Source of the DNA: Paraphysomonas bandaiensis
Lineage: Eukaryota; Protista; Chrysophyceae
DNA: 64,000 nucleotides
Direction of reading: 5' to 3'
NCBI GenBank assembly: GCA_965644295.1
Contig: CBFFRP010000058.1
Location: 239,561-303,560, forward strand
Shown: one piece after another, positions 61,723-64,000 of the stretch
How positions within the stretch are numbered: position 1 is the stretch's first letter
Layout: every line of letters starts with the position of its first letter
Program-made: the position numbers and the translations under genes
The notes under the pieces: generated by a model
Database searches by the model: none
What the model saw: the letters and a program-made list of their open reading frames with translations, nothing else
What the model was told of the DNA's origin: nothing

Positions 61723-64000
61723 TGTGGCATGAAACCCCTGCCTTCTGGGAAAACCTTGGGTTTTTAGATTTGCGATCACTCTCCTTCAGGGATTGCTTTG
61801 GGCACGTCCCTTCAGGATCGTGATATAGTGATAGGCAGTTGCTTCATGCCAGTCTATACATACATGATTCTTATATATAATAACCATATATTCCTAGTCT
61901 TCTTTCTCTTGGTGTCTGTCAGCTACAATATCGATATTCAGTTTAACTGATATCAAGGAGAGCAAGGAAATGAAAACGCGTTTTTGAACAAGAGTGTGAG
62001 GGGGTTCCTGAGGAGCCGAGACCCTCCAGTGTGATGGAAGGGAAGGAGGCAGGGGCCTCCGACCGAGAACTTCCAAAGAGTGATTTAGATTATGAGGGTG
62101 AGGGGGCTCTTGAGGAGCCGATAACCTCCAGTTCAACGGAAGGGAAGGAGGCACGGGCCTCCGACCGAGAACTTCCAAGGAGTGATTTAGATTATGAGAG
62201 TGAGGGGGCTCTTGAGGAGCCGATAACCTCCAGTTCAACGGAAGGGAAGGAGGCAGGGGCCTCCGACCGAGAACTTCCGAAGAGTGGTTCGTATGGAAAA
62301 TACTCCAAAGGTGAGTTCTGCGAATTATACTCGGCTGTCATGGGTTGAAATGAGCAGGGTGGGAAAAGGATGTGCAAGGCTCTGCTTGATACTGGCGCGT
62401 CGGCGAACTTTATTAGTAAAGACGTTGTACAGTGGTTGATAGAGAGTGATTCTGTTCCAATACCTGTAATTAAGAATATTGCGGGTGGCTTGAAGTCTGC
62501 TTTTGCATTGTGTAGGAGGGGTGTACCCTTTGATGGAAAAATCCTTTCGGAGGCAAAGGAGCCTCCGGGGTTGCAAGCTAGGTTAACTGCTTGGGAATTA
62601 GATTTAAATTTTGATATTATATTAGGAATGCAGACTGTACAAGAACTAGATTTAGTTGTACATTGCCCTAATGCTTTATGAGCGCGGACAGCGCATGGCG
62701 GTTAGCCAACGTAGTGGGAAACAGCGCATTCCTTCATGCGAGAGAGAGAGATGATCAGTCTGGGGGAGCAGTGCCTCTTGGCCTGGGCGTGCACGCGTCT
62801 TACCCTTGTGGGGGGGAACGAGCCAGCGTTCGTCTACCGCTACGCAAAAATTATGACTTTGGGGTGCAGAGCGAGTTAGCTCCACTCGAGGTAGGAATCA
62901 ATGATAGTGGCGAAGATTGGTCATACCCAGTGGAGGAGCAGTTGCTCTCTCTGGGGGTCGAGGACCCTACTAACTTCTCAACCAGGTCCGCAAGGGACCG
63001 AGAGAATATGAAGGAGATTCGCGATGATCAATTGGAGTCTATTGATTCTGATTATTTAAGTGCGGAAAAGGATCCGCAAGTGCTTCCAGATAAGATATTT
63101 GGATCCCCGAGTTTACAGAGTCGTATCCGGAATGTCCTGGGGGAATACAAGGAGATATTCCGATTAGAGATTCGTAAAGGGGAACCAGCCAAGCTGGAGC
63201 CTTTTGAGTTAGAAGTCCGGAACCCGTCTGACACGTGGTTGATACCGGCACATAAATTGCCTCCCCGGAGGTTAGACAGGAGTCGCCAGCGCGAGCTCCA
63301 ACATTTGGTGGATAAGCTAGAGAAGTTAGGAGCAATCCAACTTAGCACAGCCACTCATTACAGTCATCCCTTTGTGGTGCCGAAGCCAGATAATAAAGGG
63401 CGGTGGGTAATAGACTATAAAAACTTAAATCGGGTCACGACTTCAGAAAGCTGGCCAATTCCAAATATAAGAGATATGATCTATAGAATTGGTGCCAGGG
63501 GGTAAACGATCCCGTGCTGGGTTGCCTTTATTACTCAAAACGGGGTGTACGAGTGGCTCCGGCTCCCCATGGGTTTAAAGTGCGCTCCATCTTATTTCCA
63601 GAGGCAAATGCAAAATATAGTGCTTGCGGGCCTGGTATATAATGAGTTTTCTTTGCATGCAATATTGGGAAATTATACAAAAAGTCTCAAGCGCATCGGA
63701 AAGTGCTCGACTGGTCAGTGGAGGCCACGGTAGCATTCGATGAGCGGAAGGAGCGAATTCATGAGTGTCCCTTATTATTTTTTATGGATGATGTTTTCCC
63801 CATCTATCTATATACTGATGCATCAATAATAGGGATTGGGGCTCATTTGGTGCAAATCGTGGAGGGTCACGACGCACAATAATGGGTATGATTAGTAAGA
63901 AGTTCGAGTCAACCTTGGCGAAATGGCATACCTGTGAGCAGGAAGGATTTGCCATTTTTGTATGCCTTGAATAAGTGGGAATACTTGTTGAGAGATCGAC
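61723..64000 (+). mobile_element. Decayed Ty3/Gypsy LTR retrotransposon (5' LTR, protease, RT, RNase H), runs off the window
   Basis: LTR starts TGTGG directly after a (CATA)n tract; ALLDTGASANFIS (protease); VVPKPDNKGRWVIDYKNLN, YEWLRLPMGLKCAPSYFQ (RT); IYLYTDAS (RNase H). Order PR-RT-RH, with stops and deletions. Confidence 0.92.
61996..62286 (+). repeat. 102-bp tandem repeat (~2.8 copies) upstream of the Gypsy protease
   Basis: Units start at 61996, 62098 and 62200 and encode a 34-aa acidic repeat. Confidence 0.93.

Overview
AT-rich eukaryotic genomic DNA with short canonical GT-AG introns (often about 50 bp) and long (CATA)n microsatellites. The gene set (GPCR-PIP kinase fusion, LRR/PT-repeat/REJ receptor, fused NAD(P) transhydrogenase) suggests a stramenopile protist, possibly a chrysophyte; this is inference only. 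About 16 host genes can be reconstructed: ARG1-like DnaJ, NNT, ABHD-type hydrolase, DUF1764, a multi-exon ankyrin gene, patatin, a giant LRR-PT-REJ membrane protein, GPCR-PIPK, an unknown protein, UBE2H, DeSI/PPPDE, a second GPCR, an intronless ankyrin-like array, a C1orf109-like protein, a sulfotransferase-like protein and an EF-hand protein. Many lie in head-to-head pairs. Mobile DNA includes an apparently intact two-gene PIF/Harbinger element with a CAT target duplication, hAT elements, MITEs, Copia and Gypsy remnants, and a ~145-bp repeat present four times. The best candidate for a new system is the ankyrin gene at 10905-13412. Each internal repeat is its own 99-bp phase-0 exon, set in mutually homologous introns, and variation is concentrated at the ligand-contact positions, like a natural DARPin cassette array. 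All alignments and splice models were made by eye, so coordinates may be off by a few bases.
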